Shown here: one piece after another, positions 18,763 through 28,170 of the stretch
Position numbering within the stretch: position 1 is the stretch's first letter
Layout: each line of letters begins with the position of its first letter
NCBI GenBank assembly: GCA_949282265.1
Contig: CASDOZ010000005.1
Span: 173,678-237,677, forward strand
From: an uncultured Bacteroidales bacterium
GTDB lineage: Bacteria; Bacteroidota; Bacteroidia; Bacteroidales; Paludibacteraceae
DNA length: 64,000 nucleotides
Direction of reading: 5' to 3'
Position numbers and translations under genes: made by a program
Notes under the pieces: model-generated
What the model saw: the letters and a program-made list of their open reading frames with translations, nothing else
Databases searched by the model: none
Told to the model about the DNA's origin: nothing

Positions 18763-19680
18763 ATGAAAATTTTAGTTGCAACCGAAAAACCGTTCGCAAA
18801 AATTGCCGTGGACGGTATCCGCAAGGAAATCGAAGCCGCCGGTTTTGAACTGGCGTTGCTGGAAAAATATACGGACAAAAAGCAGTTGCTCGATGCAATT
18901 GCCGACGCCAACGCCGTCATCATCCGCTCCGACATTATCGACGCGGAAGTAATCAATGCAGCCAAAGCGCTGAAAATCATTGTGCGCGCCGGCGCTGGCT
19001 ATGACAACGTCGATTTGAAAGCCGCCACGGCCGCGGGCGTTTGTGTCATGAACACACCGGGGCAAAACTCCAACGCCGTAGCCGAACTGGTGTTCGGTTT
19101 GCTGGTGTTCGCCGTGCGCAATTTCTACAACGGCACTTCCGGCACGGAACTGAAAGGCAAACGCCTCGGCATACATGCCTACGGCAACGTTGGCCGCAAC
19201 GTGGCTCGCATAGCCAAAGGTTTCGGCATGGAAATTTCCGCATACGATGCCTATTGCCCGGCCGAAGTCATTGAAAAAGATGGCGTGAAAGCCCTTGGCT
19301 CCGTTGAAGAACTTTATGCCAACAACGACATCGTTTCGTTGCACATTCCGGCTACAGCCGAGACGAAAAACTCCATCAACCCTGCCTTGCTGGGACGTAT
19401 GCCCAAAGGTGCCATTTTGGTGAACACCGCACGCAAGGAAGTCATTGACGAGGCCGGCATGGAACAATTCATGGAAGAGCGCACCGACTTCAAATACATC
19501 ACCGACATCATGCCCGGCAACCATGCCGCCATGAGCGAGAAATTTGCAGGACGCTATTTCTCAACGCCGAAAAAGATGGGCGCCCAAACGGCCGAAGCCA
19601 ACATCAACGCCGGCATTGCCGCTGCAAAGCAAATTGTTGATTTTTTAGTGAACGGAAACGAAAAATTCAGGGTTAACTAA
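18763..19680 (+). CDS. serA: D-3-phosphoglycerate dehydrogenase (short form)
   Basis: 2-hydroxyacid dehydrogenase fold with NAD motif GIHAYGNVGRNVA. Adjacent to serC. Confidence 0.9.
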   Translation: MKILVATEKPFAKIAVDGIRKEIEAAGFELALLEKYTDKKQLLDAIADANAVIIRSDIIDAEVINAAKALKIIVRAGAGYDNVDLKAATAAGVCVMNTPGQNSNAVAELVFGLLVFAVRNFYNGTSGTELKGKRLGIHAYGNVGRNVARIAKGFGMEISAYDAYCPAEVIEKDGVKALGSVEELYANNDIVSLHIPATAETKNSINPALLGRMPKGAILVNTARKEVIDEAGMEQFMEERTDFKYITDIMPGNHAAMSEKFAGRYFSTPKKMGAQTAEANINAGIAAAKQIVDFLVNGNEKFRVN

Positions 19681-19700
19681 CCCCCATCAGTAAAAATATG

Positions 19701-19738
19701 AAAAACGTACGAAACTTCTTGTTATCGTACGTTTTTTT
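19701..19738 (+). terminator. Intrinsic terminator after serA
   Basis: 12-bp stem AAAAACGTACGA/TCGTACGTTTTT followed by a T-run. Confidence 0.7.
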
Positions 19739-19763
19739 ATTTGAGCATTTTTTCATTTTTCAT

Positions 19764-19771
19764 TACCTTTG
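19764..19771 (+). promoter_or_regulatory. -7 box TACCTTTG
   Basis: Matches TAnnTTTG and lies about 22 nt upstream of the ATG at 19793. Confidence 0.4.
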
Positions 19772-19792
19772 TTCGCTGGAATACGGAAAGAC

Positions 19793-20077
19793 ATGGAAAC
19801 TTTGATTAACATTATCGGTTACGCAGCAGGCGTATGTATGGCCATTTCGCAATTCCCGCAGGCATGGTTAGTTTACAAAACAGGCAAGACGGAAAGCATC
19901 TCGCTGCTGATGTTCTCTATTTTGACCGGCGGCGTGTTTTGTTGGTTCCTATACGGCATCCTGAGCCAAACCACAGTTATCTGGCTGACCAACGGGATAT
20001 GCCTGGTTCCATCGTTTTACGTACTCTATAAATGCATCAGCAACAAAATAAAGAAAGGCACTTCGAGTGTAAAATAG
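19793..20077 (+). CDS. SemiSWEET / PQ-loop small sugar transporter
   Basis: 94 aa with three TM helices and the PQ motif (AISQFPQAWLVYKTGKTESIS). Confidence 0.7.
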   Translation: METLINIIGYAAGVCMAISQFPQAWLVYKTGKTESISLLMFSILTGGVFCWFLYGILSQTTVIWLTNGICLVPSFYVLYKCISNKIKKGTSSVK

Positions 20078-20096
20078 AGCATATAGTTTTGGGGAA

Positions 20097-20525
20097 ATGA
20101 AAAAGATTTTGATTTTAAACGGGCCCAACTTGAATTTGTTGGGCAAACGCGAGCCGGAAATTTACGGGAACATCGGTTTTGAGGCATGTTTGCGGCAACT
20201 GCAAGAAGAATTTCGCCAACGTGCGGATATTTCGTATTTCCAGAGCAACCACGAAGGCGCACTGATAGACAAACTGCATGAAACAGGTTTCGAGTACGAC
20301 GGCATTGTACTGAATGCCGGCGCATACACGCACACATCCGTCGCTTTGGCGGATGCCATCAAGGCCATCACTGCACCCGTCATTGAAGTACATATCAGCA
20401 ATGTACATGCACGCGAAGATTTCCGCAGGCATTCATACCTGAGCCCTGTCTGCAAAGGAGTGATTTGCGGTTTCGGATTGGATTCCTACAAACTGGCCAT
20501 CATAGCCCTGCTCGGAGGGGAATAA
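20097..20525 (+). CDS. aroQ: Type II 3-dehydroquinate dehydratase
   Basis: MKKILILNGPNLNLLGKREPEIYG...FQSNHEG...NAGAYTHTSVA...EVHISN is the canonical AroQ pattern. Confidence 0.95.
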   Translation: MKKILILNGPNLNLLGKREPEIYGNIGFEACLRQLQEEFRQRADISYFQSNHEGALIDKLHETGFEYDGIVLNAGAYTHTSVALADAIKAITAPVIEVHISNVHAREDFRRHSYLSPVCKGVICGFGLDSYKLAIIALLGGE

Positions 20526-20602
20526 AAAAAATTAACATACCCGACATTAAACGTTGGCACGCATAGTCAGTCTATGTGCTTAATCAGGTATTAAAAAAGG
20601 TC

Positions 20603-23062
20603 ATGAAAAAGAATGTTTATCTAACCATTATGCTATGGTTGTCCGCCATCGCAGCATATTCCCAATATTCCATCAAAGGCGTATTGCTCGACGGGGCAAC
20701 CCGCTTACCTATCGATTTCGCGAATGTAACACTTTACAAACCGGATGACACGGTTCCACTCACTGGTAACAGCACCGATGAGAACGGAAAGTTCGAACTG
20801 AAAAACATTGCCAACGGTACATACAAAATAGTCTTTTCTTTTATCGGCTATACAGAAAAAGAACAGACATTCACCGTTGAAAACAAAGCCATCAATTTAG
20901 GTAAAATATATTTGGAAGAGGACAACAAAATGCTCCAAGAAGTGGAAGTCGTCGCCCAAGGAACCACCATGCGTTTTGAGCTGGACAGGAAAGTTTTCTC
21001 TGTTGACCAGAATATTGCTTCTGCCGGCGGTGCTGCCACGGATGTGCTGGAAAATATCCCATCGGTCGAAGTGGACAACGAAGGCAACATCTCGTTGCGC
21101 AACAACGAAAATGTCGAAGTCTGGATTAACGGCAAACCTTCCGGCCTGACGGCCGAAAACCGCGCACAGATACTGCAACAACTGCCCGCCGACAATATAG
21201 AAGAAATAGAGATTATCACCAATCCGTCGGCCAAATACAGCCCGGAAGGAACTGCCGGTGTCATTAACTTGGTTATGAAAAAGAACCGCAAAGGCGGATA
21301 CTACGGTAGTGCCAACGCAGGCATTCTATATCCATGGGGCGACATTCCCGGAGGCATGGCCGGCATCAATTTCAATTACAGCAAAGGAATTGTAGATACC
21401 TACATCAACGTCGGTTACCGGCAAATGCGGGCAGTCGGTAGCAGCATGAGCGACCGCTACAACTACAACGCAACCGACACCACACGCCTCTACCAGAGCG
21501 GCGAGAACAACCGCACCATGGGTGGAATTTTCACACGCGCCGGCGTGGATGTCCGTATCACAGACAACAGTTCCATCGGATTTTCAGGATTCGGCATGTT
21601 TGCCAACAAAAGCAACCAGGACAACAATATCCATTATTGGCTTTCAGAATTTCCAAGCGACACAGCCCTGCGTAACTATGAACGTTTGGAAACAGCAACC
21701 GGCCACCGGCCAAGTTACAATTTCTCGCTTGACTACAACATAGACTTTACCAAAGCGCATAATCTGTTCATAAGTGCATCGACGCGGAATTTCATGAACG
21801 ACAACACATCTATTTATACGCAAAACGATTTGGTCACGGGAGAACCGGAGTTAGAAAACAGCCAGGAACAATATAGTAACGGGCACAACAACACATGGGA
21901 ATTCAAAGCCGACTATACTTATAAAATCACGGAAGGAAGTCGGTTAGAAGCCGGTTGGCAAACCACGTTGCAAAATAATTTAAGTAATTCAGGAGCCACC
22001 GACCGCATGACCGGCGAAGAAATCGCCGCATACAAAGACAAGTTCGAATACAACGAACAACGTCATGCGGCATACATAACTTACGGGAATCGCTTTTTTG
22101 ACAAACTGAGCGCACAAGTCGGCTTGCGTACCGAATACATGATGCGGCAAACCGCGACTTTGGACGTACCCAACGAACCCAAAAGTTACCTGCAACTGTT
22201 TCCAAGCGCGTATTTGTCATACGTCCTGCCGCAAGAAGATGAAATACAGCTGAACTACACGCGACGCATCGACCGGCCGCGCGGACGCCAGATAAACCCG
22301 TTCCGGGATTTTTCCGATTCCACCAATATCTCGTATGGAAACGGGGACTTGCTGCCAGAATTTTCATCCGCGCTAGAATTGAATTACCTGAAAAACTGGG
22401 AGAGCGGACAAACCCTGTCCGGCGGACTGTTCTACCGCTTCACCGACGACGTGATACAGAATGTCCGCTACGTCAATGACATGGGCGTGATGGAAAACAC
22501 TTACATCAACGTTTCGCAATCGCAACGGTTAGGAGTCGAATTGGTTTCCAAGAACCGCCTGTTCAAAAACTTCCTGCAGCTGACCACATCGCTGAGCGGT
22601 TATTACAGTACAATGGATGCTGCTGAATACACATTCAATAATGCCGCCACTGTCTATATCGACGCCCAAAGGAATTTCGCGTGGCGGGCGCGCATAAACG
22701 CCATGATGATGTTCGGGAAAGATTTTTCAGGACAAATCACCGGCCGCTATTCCTCACCGCAATTAGTTATACAAGGCAAAACAACACACATGTATGCCAT
22801 TGATTTAGGATTGCGCAAAACCTTTTTTGACAAAAAGCTAGGTCTCAATTTCTCCGTTAGGGATATCTTGAATTCACGTAACCGCAGCAGCGAACGATGG
22901 GGCGACAACTTCTACCAGATTTCCGAAAACCGCTTTATGGGACGGCATCTGAACTTGATGCTGACCTATAATTTCGGAAACATGAAACCCAAACAAAGCA
23001 AACCAAACCGCGAAGCCTCCGATGCATACGGCGGAGATTCAGAAGCTAATTTTGAAGACTAA
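20603..23062 (+). CDS. TonB-dependent outer-membrane receptor with N-terminal carboxypeptidase-regulatory-like domain
   Basis: Signal peptide, then a CarbopepD_reg-like segment (SIKGVLLDGATRLPIDFANVTLY), a plug and a beta-barrel. Start chosen at MKKNVYL (20603). Confidence 0.8.
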   Translation: MKKNVYLTIMLWLSAIAAYSQYSIKGVLLDGATRLPIDFANVTLYKPDDTVPLTGNSTDENGKFELKNIANGTYKIVFSFIGYTEKEQTFTVENKAINLGKIYLEEDNKMLQEVEVVAQGTTMRFELDRKVFSVDQNIASAGGAATDVLENIPSVEVDNEGNISLRNNENVEVWINGKPSGLTAENRAQILQQLPADNIEEIEIITNPSAKYSPEGTAGVINLVMKKNRKGGYYGSANAGILYPWGDIPGGMAGINFNYSKGIVDTYINVGYRQMRAVGSSMSDRYNYNATDTTRLYQSGENNRTMGGIFTRAGVDVRITDNSSIGFSGFGMFANKSNQDNNIHYWLSEFPSDTALRNYERLETATGHRPSYNFSLDYNIDFTKAHNLFISASTRNFMNDNTSIYTQNDLVTGEPELENSQEQYSNGHNNTWEFKADYTYKITEGSRLEAGWQTTLQNNLSNSGATDRMTGEEIAAYKDKFEYNEQRHAAYITYGNRFFDKLSAQVGLRTEYMMRQTATLDVPNEPKSYLQLFPSAYLSYVLPQEDEIQLNYTRRIDRPRGRQINPFRDFSDSTNISYGNGDLLPEFSSALELNYLKNWESGQTLSGGLFYRFTDDVIQNVRYVNDMGVMENTYINVSQSQRLGVELVSKNRLFKNFLQLTTSLSGYYSTMDAAEYTFNNAATVYIDAQRNFAWRARINAMMMFGKDFSGQITGRYSSPQLVIQGKTTHMYAIDLGLRKTFFDKKLGLNFSVRDILNSRNRSSERWGDNFYQISENRFMGRHLNLMLTYNFGNMKPKQSKPNREASDAYGGDSEANFED

Positions 23063-23631
23063 TGTTGGAACAATACCGCATCATACTCGGCTCACAGTCG
23101 CCGCGCCGCAAAGAATTGCTGGCACTGCTTGACCTGCCGTTCACCTGCCAGGTTATCGACACGGAAGAAATCTACCCTGCTGAATTGCGCGGGGCGGAAA
23201 TTCCCGTATATTTAGCCAAACTGAAAGCTGCCGCATTCGAGCCGCTGCCGGATGACAAAACATTGCTAATCACTGCCGACACCATTGTCTGGCTCGATGG
23301 GCAAGTATTGGGCAAGCCGCACACACCGGCAGAAGCCAGAAACATGCTGCACCGCCTTTCCGGCAAGACACACCAGGTTTTTACAGGCGTCTGCCTGACA
23401 AGCCTGCGGAAGCAAAAAACGTTTTCGGTCTGCTCCGACGTTACTTTTGCCAGCCTGACCGATGAGGAAATCGACTATTACGTGGAAAAATACAACCCGC
23501 TCGACAAAGCCGGAGCTTACGGTATCCAGGAATGGATAGGCGGCATCGGCGTGGAAAAAATAAACGGTTCGTATTTCAACGTGATGGGATTGCCCGTACA
23601 AAAACTCTATCAAGAACTGAAACAATTCTAA
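23062..23631 (+). CDS. maf: Maf-family nucleoside-triphosphate pyrophosphatase
   Basis: ILGSQSPRRKELL...DTIV...GKP...AGAYGIQ motifs. The start overlaps the upstream stop (TAATG). Confidence 0.9.
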   Translation: MLEQYRIILGSQSPRRKELLALLDLPFTCQVIDTEEIYPAELRGAEIPVYLAKLKAAAFEPLPDDKTLLITADTIVWLDGQVLGKPHTPAEARNMLHRLSGKTHQVFTGVCLTSLRKQKTFSVCSDVTFASLTDEEIDYYVEKYNPLDKAGAYGIQEWIGGIGVEKINGSYFNVMGLPVQKLYQELKQF

Positions 23632-23729
23632 CAAAAACAAAAATCCTTGTTTTTACGAAATTTAACTACTTTTTGTCAGAAAAATACACAAAAACAAAAT
23701 CAATATGTAATTATATAAGGATTTTTTCT

Positions 23730-23737
23730 TACTTTTG
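23730..23737 (+). promoter_or_regulatory. -7 box TACTTTTG upstream of carA
   Basis: Matches TAnnTTTG and lies 45 nt upstream of the ATG at 23782. Confidence 0.5.
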
Positions 23738-23781
23738 CACCGTTTCTCAGAAACATTTTTTGACAATCAAATTCCTGACAG

Positions 23782-24858
23782 ATGATGCAGCAAAACAATC
23801 CGGCTTCGTTACGGCTCGAAAACGGAGCTATATTCCAAGGGAAATCATTCGGTTACGAGCGGTCGGTCGCTGGCGAAGTTGTTTTCAACACGGCCATGAC
23901 CGGCTATCCGGAAAGCCTCACCGACCCTTCCTACTCGGGACAAATCCTGGTTCTGACTTACCCGCTAATCGGGAATTACGGCGTCCCCATTGATCAAATC
24001 AAAAATGACATATCCATGTTTTATGAGTCGGAAAAAATTCACGTTCGCGGTGTAATTATTTCCGACTATTCATTTGAATACAGCCACTGGAACGCTGCCA
24101 AAAGCCTATCCGATTGGCTAAAAGAGCAGAAAATAGCTGGAATGTACGGCGTGGACACACGAGAGATAACCCGCATTTTGCGGGAACAAGGTTCCATGAA
24201 CGGTTGCCTGCAAATGGAAGCAGAAGCTCCCATCCCGTTCGATGACCCGAACGCGGCCAATCAAGTAGATGTCGTTTCCTGCAAGGAAATTATCCGCTAC
24301 GGGAACGGCAGCAAAAAAGTGCTTCTGGTCGATTGCGGCGTCAAGCACAACATTCTGCGCTGCCTGCTCAAACGCGATGTAACCATCCTGCGCGTTCCGT
24401 GGAACTACGATTTCAGCACGCTGCAATACGACGGGCTGTTCATTTCCAACGGGCCGGGAAATCCCGACTTCTGCGAGGAGACCGTTGCGCACATACGCGC
24501 GGCCATGAACGGCGACAAGCCCATTTTCGGCATTTGCATGGGCAACCAGCTCCTGGGCAAGGCCGGCGGCGCGAAAATCTACAAACTGAAATACGGCCAC
24601 CGCGGCCACAACCAGCCCGTGCGGATGCTCAACAGCAACCGCTGTTTCATAACAAGCCAAAACCACGGTTTCGCCGTCGATGACAAGACGCTCGGCAAGG
24701 ACTGGAAACCGCTGTTCGTGAACATGAACGACGGCACGAACGAAGGCATACGCCACAAAACGAAACCGTTCTTTTCCGCGCAGTTCCATCCGGAAGCATC
24801 CAGCGGGCCGACCGACACCGAATTTCTTTTCGATACTTTCGTAAAACTCATGTACTGA
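23782..24858 (+). CDS. carA: Carbamoyl-phosphate synthase small (glutaminase) subunit
   Basis: NTAMTGYPESLTDPSY, GICMGNQLL (catalytic Cys) and FSAQFHPE motifs. Confidence 0.95.
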   Translation: MMQQNNPASLRLENGAIFQGKSFGYERSVAGEVVFNTAMTGYPESLTDPSYSGQILVLTYPLIGNYGVPIDQIKNDISMFYESEKIHVRGVIISDYSFEYSHWNAAKSLSDWLKEQKIAGMYGVDTREITRILREQGSMNGCLQMEAEAPIPFDDPNAANQVDVVSCKEIIRYGNGSKKVLLVDCGVKHNILRCLLKRDVTILRVPWNYDFSTLQYDGLFISNGPGNPDFCEETVAHIRAAMNGDKPIFGICMGNQLLGKAGGAKIYKLKYGHRGHNQPVRMLNSNRCFITSQNHGFAVDDKTLGKDWKPLFVNMNDGTNEGIRHKTKPFFSAQFHPEASSGPTDTEFLFDTFVKLMY

Positions 24859-24930
24859 CAACCGACAACCCATAAACCGACTTTTATGTTACTACTGAAC
24901 GATAGTCCCGTCCCTGCCGCCGCAACGAAA

Positions 24931-27900
24931 ATGCCGGAAAAAGTGCTTTTGCTCGGCTCGGGCGCGCTGAAAATAGGCGAAGCCGGCGAGTTCGACTATT
25001 CCGGCTCACAAGCCCTGAAAGCCTTGAAGGAAGAAGGTATTTTCACCATACTGATAAACCCGAACATAGCTACCGTACAGACCTCCGAAGGCGTGGCCGA
25101 TAAAATATATTTCCTGCCCGTAACGCCGTTTTTCGTGGAAAAAGTCATCCGGAAGGAGCGGCCGGACGCCATCCTGCTGGCCTTCGGCGGACAAACCGCG
25201 CTGAACTGCGGCGTCGCGCTCTACCAGTCGGGCGTGCTGGAAAAATACAACGTGCGCGTGCTGGGAACGCCCGTACAAGCCATTATCGACACGGAAGACC
25301 GCGAATTGTTCGTGCGCAAGTTAGACGAAATACAGGTGAAAACCATCAAGAGCCAGGCCGTGGAAACCATGGAAGACGCACGGCGCGCAGCTGCCGGACT
25401 TGGCTACCCGGTCATCATACGCGCCGCATACGCGCTGGGCGGGCTAGGCTCCGGTTTTTGCGACAACGAGCAGGAACTGGACGCGCTTGCCGAGAAAGCC
25501 TTTGCGTTTTCGCCGCAAGTGCTGATTGAAAAAAGCCTGAAAGGCTGGAAAGAAATCGAATACGAAGTGGTGCGCGACCGTTTTGACAACTGCATCACGG
25601 TTTGCAACATGGAAAACTTCGATCCGCTCGGCATACACACGGGCGAGAGCATTGTGGTCGCGCCGTCGCAGACGCTCACCAACAACGAATACCACAAGTT
25701 GCGCGAACTGGCTATCCGCATTGTCCGACACATCGGCATTGTGGGCGAATGTAACGTGCAGTATGCCTTCGACCCCGACAGCGAGGATTACCGCGTCATC
25801 GAGGTCAACGCGCGACTGAGCCGCTCATCGGCGCTGGCAAGCAAGGCCACCGGCTACCCGCTGGCCTTCGTGGCCGCCAAACTTGGCTTGGGTTACGGCC
25901 TGTTCGACCTGAAAAACTCGGTAACGAAAGTAACTTCGGCATTTTTCGAGCCGGCACTCGACTACGTCGTCTGCAAAATACCGCGCTGGGACTTGGGCAA
26001 GTTCCGCGGCGTGGACCGCGAACTGGGTTCCAGCATGAAATCGGTCGGCGAAGTCATGGCCATAGGCCGCACATTCGAGGAAGCGCTCCAGAAAGGCATA
26101 CGCATGATTGAACAAGGTATGCACGGTTTTGTTGGCAACCGCGAGCTGGAAATCCCGGACATTGACAAAGCCCTGCGCGAACCGACTGACAAACGCATTT
26201 TCGTCATCAGCAAAGCCATGCGCGCCGGTTACAGCCTGGACCAGATACACGATTTGACCAAGATTGACCGCTGGTTCCTGCAACGGCTCATGCACATCGT
26301 GCACACCATGCAGGCTTTGGAACAACAGGCCGCCGGCACGCCGGACATGGATGCTGCCGGCATTGACCCGGAACTGATACGCACGGCCAAAAGACAAGGA
26401 TTCTCCGATTTCCAGATTGCGCGTGCGTTAGGATTCGAGCGGTTCACAACGCCCGAGGAAGCGACGCGCATCATACGCCAATGGCGGAAGGAACACGGCA
26501 TAACGCCCGTGGTGAAGCAAATCGACACGCTGGCCGCCGAATATCCGGCACAGACCAACTACCTGTATCTCACATACAGCGGCTCCGCCGATGACGTGCA
26601 TTACACCGGCGACCGCAAATCCATTATCGTGCTTGGCTCCGGCGCGTACCGTATCGGCTCGTCTGTCGAGTTCGACTGGTGCGGCGTGCAGGCACTGAGC
26701 ACCATCCGCCGCGAAGGCTACCGCTCGGTCATGATCAACTACAACCCCGAAACCGTCAGCACCGACTACGACATGTGCGACCGCCTCTATTTCGAGGAAC
26801 TGACATTTGAGCGCGTCATGGACATTATCGAGCTGGAAAACCCGCACGGTGTCATTGTATCGACCGGCGGCCAGATACCGAACAACCTGGCACTGCGGAT
26901 GGCCGGCTGCCATGTGAACATATTGGGGACGAGCGCCGCAAGCATCGACAACGCCGAAGACCGCGACAAGTTCTCCGCCATGCTCGACCGCATCGGCGTG
27001 GACCAGCCGGAATGGAGCGCACTCACGAACATGGACGACGTGAACGCCTTTATCCGCAAGGTCGGTTTCCCTGTGCTGGTGCGGCCATCATACGTGCTTT
27101 CCGGCGCGGCCATGAACGTCTGCTCCAACCAAGAAGAATTGGAGCGTTTCCTGCAATTAGCCGCCAACGTGTCCAAGAAACATCCCGTCGTCATCAGCCA
27201 GTTTATCGAGAACGCCAAGGAAGTGGAAATGGACGCCGTGGCGCAACACGGCGAAATCATCGCCTACGCCATCAGCGAACACATCGAATATGCGGGCGTC
27301 CATTCGGGAGATGCCACCATTCAGTTCCCGCCGCAAAAGCTGTATGTGGAAACCGTGCGCCGTATCAAGCGCATCAGCCGGCAGATTGCACGCGAGCTGG
27401 ACATTTCCGGCCCGTTCAACATACAATACCTGGCCCGCGAAAACGACATCAAGGTCATTGAATGCAACCTGCGTGCATCGCGCAGTTTCCCGTTCGTGAG
27501 CAAGGTGCTGAAAATAAACCTGATTGACCTGGCCACGAAAGTCATGCTCGGACTGCCGGTGGAAAAACCACATAAGAGCCTGTTCGATTTGGACTATGTA
27601 GGTGTCAAGGCCTCGCAATTCTCGTTCAACCGTTTGCAGAAGGCCGACCCCGTATTAGGCGTTGACATGGCCTCCACCGGCGAGGTGGGATGCATCGGCG
27701 ACGACTCCGCAGCCGCCATATTGACCGCCATGCTCTCCGTCGGGCATCGAATCCCAAAGCGCAACATCCTGCTCTCAACCGGAGCGGCCAAGCACAAAGC
27801 CGACATGCTCGGCGCGGCACGACTGCTCGCCAGGAAAGGCTACAAACTGTTCGCCACGGGCGGCACATCGCGTTTCCTGACCGACAACGGCGTGGAGAAC

Positions 27901-28161
27901 ACCTTGGTCTATTGGCCCAACGAAAGCGGGCAACCGCAAGCGTTGGACATGCTGCACCGCAAAGAAATCGACATGGTCGTAAACATACCCAAAGACCTGA
28001 CATCGGGAGAGTTGAGCAACGGCTACAAAATCCGGCGGGCAGCCATAGACCTGAACATTCCGCTCATCACGAACGCGCGGTTAGCCAGTGCATTTATCAA
28101 CGCTTTCTGCACGATTGACATGGAACAGATTGCCATCAAAAGTTGGGACGAATACAAATAA
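24931..28161 (+). CDS. carB: Carbamoyl-phosphate synthase large subunit
   Basis: Duplicated ATP-grasp halves and LGSGALKIGEAGEFDYSGSQA. Start chosen at MPEKVLLLGSG (24931); the ORF opens at 24886. Confidence 0.95.
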   Translation: MPEKVLLLGSGALKIGEAGEFDYSGSQALKALKEEGIFTILINPNIATVQTSEGVADKIYFLPVTPFFVEKVIRKERPDAILLAFGGQTALNCGVALYQSGVLEKYNVRVLGTPVQAIIDTEDRELFVRKLDEIQVKTIKSQAVETMEDARRAAAGLGYPVIIRAAYALGGLGSGFCDNEQELDALAEKAFAFSPQVLIEKSLKGWKEIEYEVVRDRFDNCITVCNMENFDPLGIHTGESIVVAPSQTLTNNEYHKLRELAIRIVRHIGIVGECNVQYAFDPDSEDYRVIEVNARLSRSSALASKATGYPLAFVAAKLGLGYGLFDLKNSVTKVTSAFFEPALDYVVCKIPRWDLGKFRGVDRELGSSMKSVGEVMAIGRTFEEALQKGIRMIEQGMHGFVGNRELEIPDIDKALREPTDKRIFVISKAMRAGYSLDQIHDLTKIDRWFLQRLMHIVHTMQALEQQAAGTPDMDAAGIDPELIRTAKRQGFSDFQIARALGFERFTTPEEATRIIRQWRKEHGITPVVKQIDTLAAEYPAQTNYLYLTYSGSADDVHYTGDRKSIIVLGSGAYRIGSSVEFDWCGVQALSTIRREGYRSVMINYNPETVSTDYDMCDRLYFEELTFERVMDIIELENPHGVIVSTGGQIPNNLALRMAGCHVNILGTSAASIDNAEDRDKFSAMLDRIGVDQPEWSALTNMDDVNAFIRKVGFPVLVRPSYVLSGAAMNVCSNQEELERFLQLAANVSKKHPVVISQFIENAKEVEMDAVAQHGEIIAYAISEHIEYAGVHSGDATIQFPPQKLYVETVRRIKRISRQIARELDISGPFNIQYLARENDIKVIECNLRASRSFPFVSKVLKINLIDLATKVMLGLPVEKPHKSLFDLDYVGVKASQFSFNRLQKADPVLGVDMASTGEVGCIGDDSAAAILTAMLSVGHRIPKRNILLSTGAAKHKADMLGAARLLARKGYKLFATGGTSRFLTDNGVENTLVYWPNESGQPQALDMLHRKEIDMVVNIPKDLTSGELSNGYKIRRAAIDLNIPLITNARLASAFINAFCTIDMEQIAIKSWDEYK

Positions 28162-28170
28162 ACGAATCGC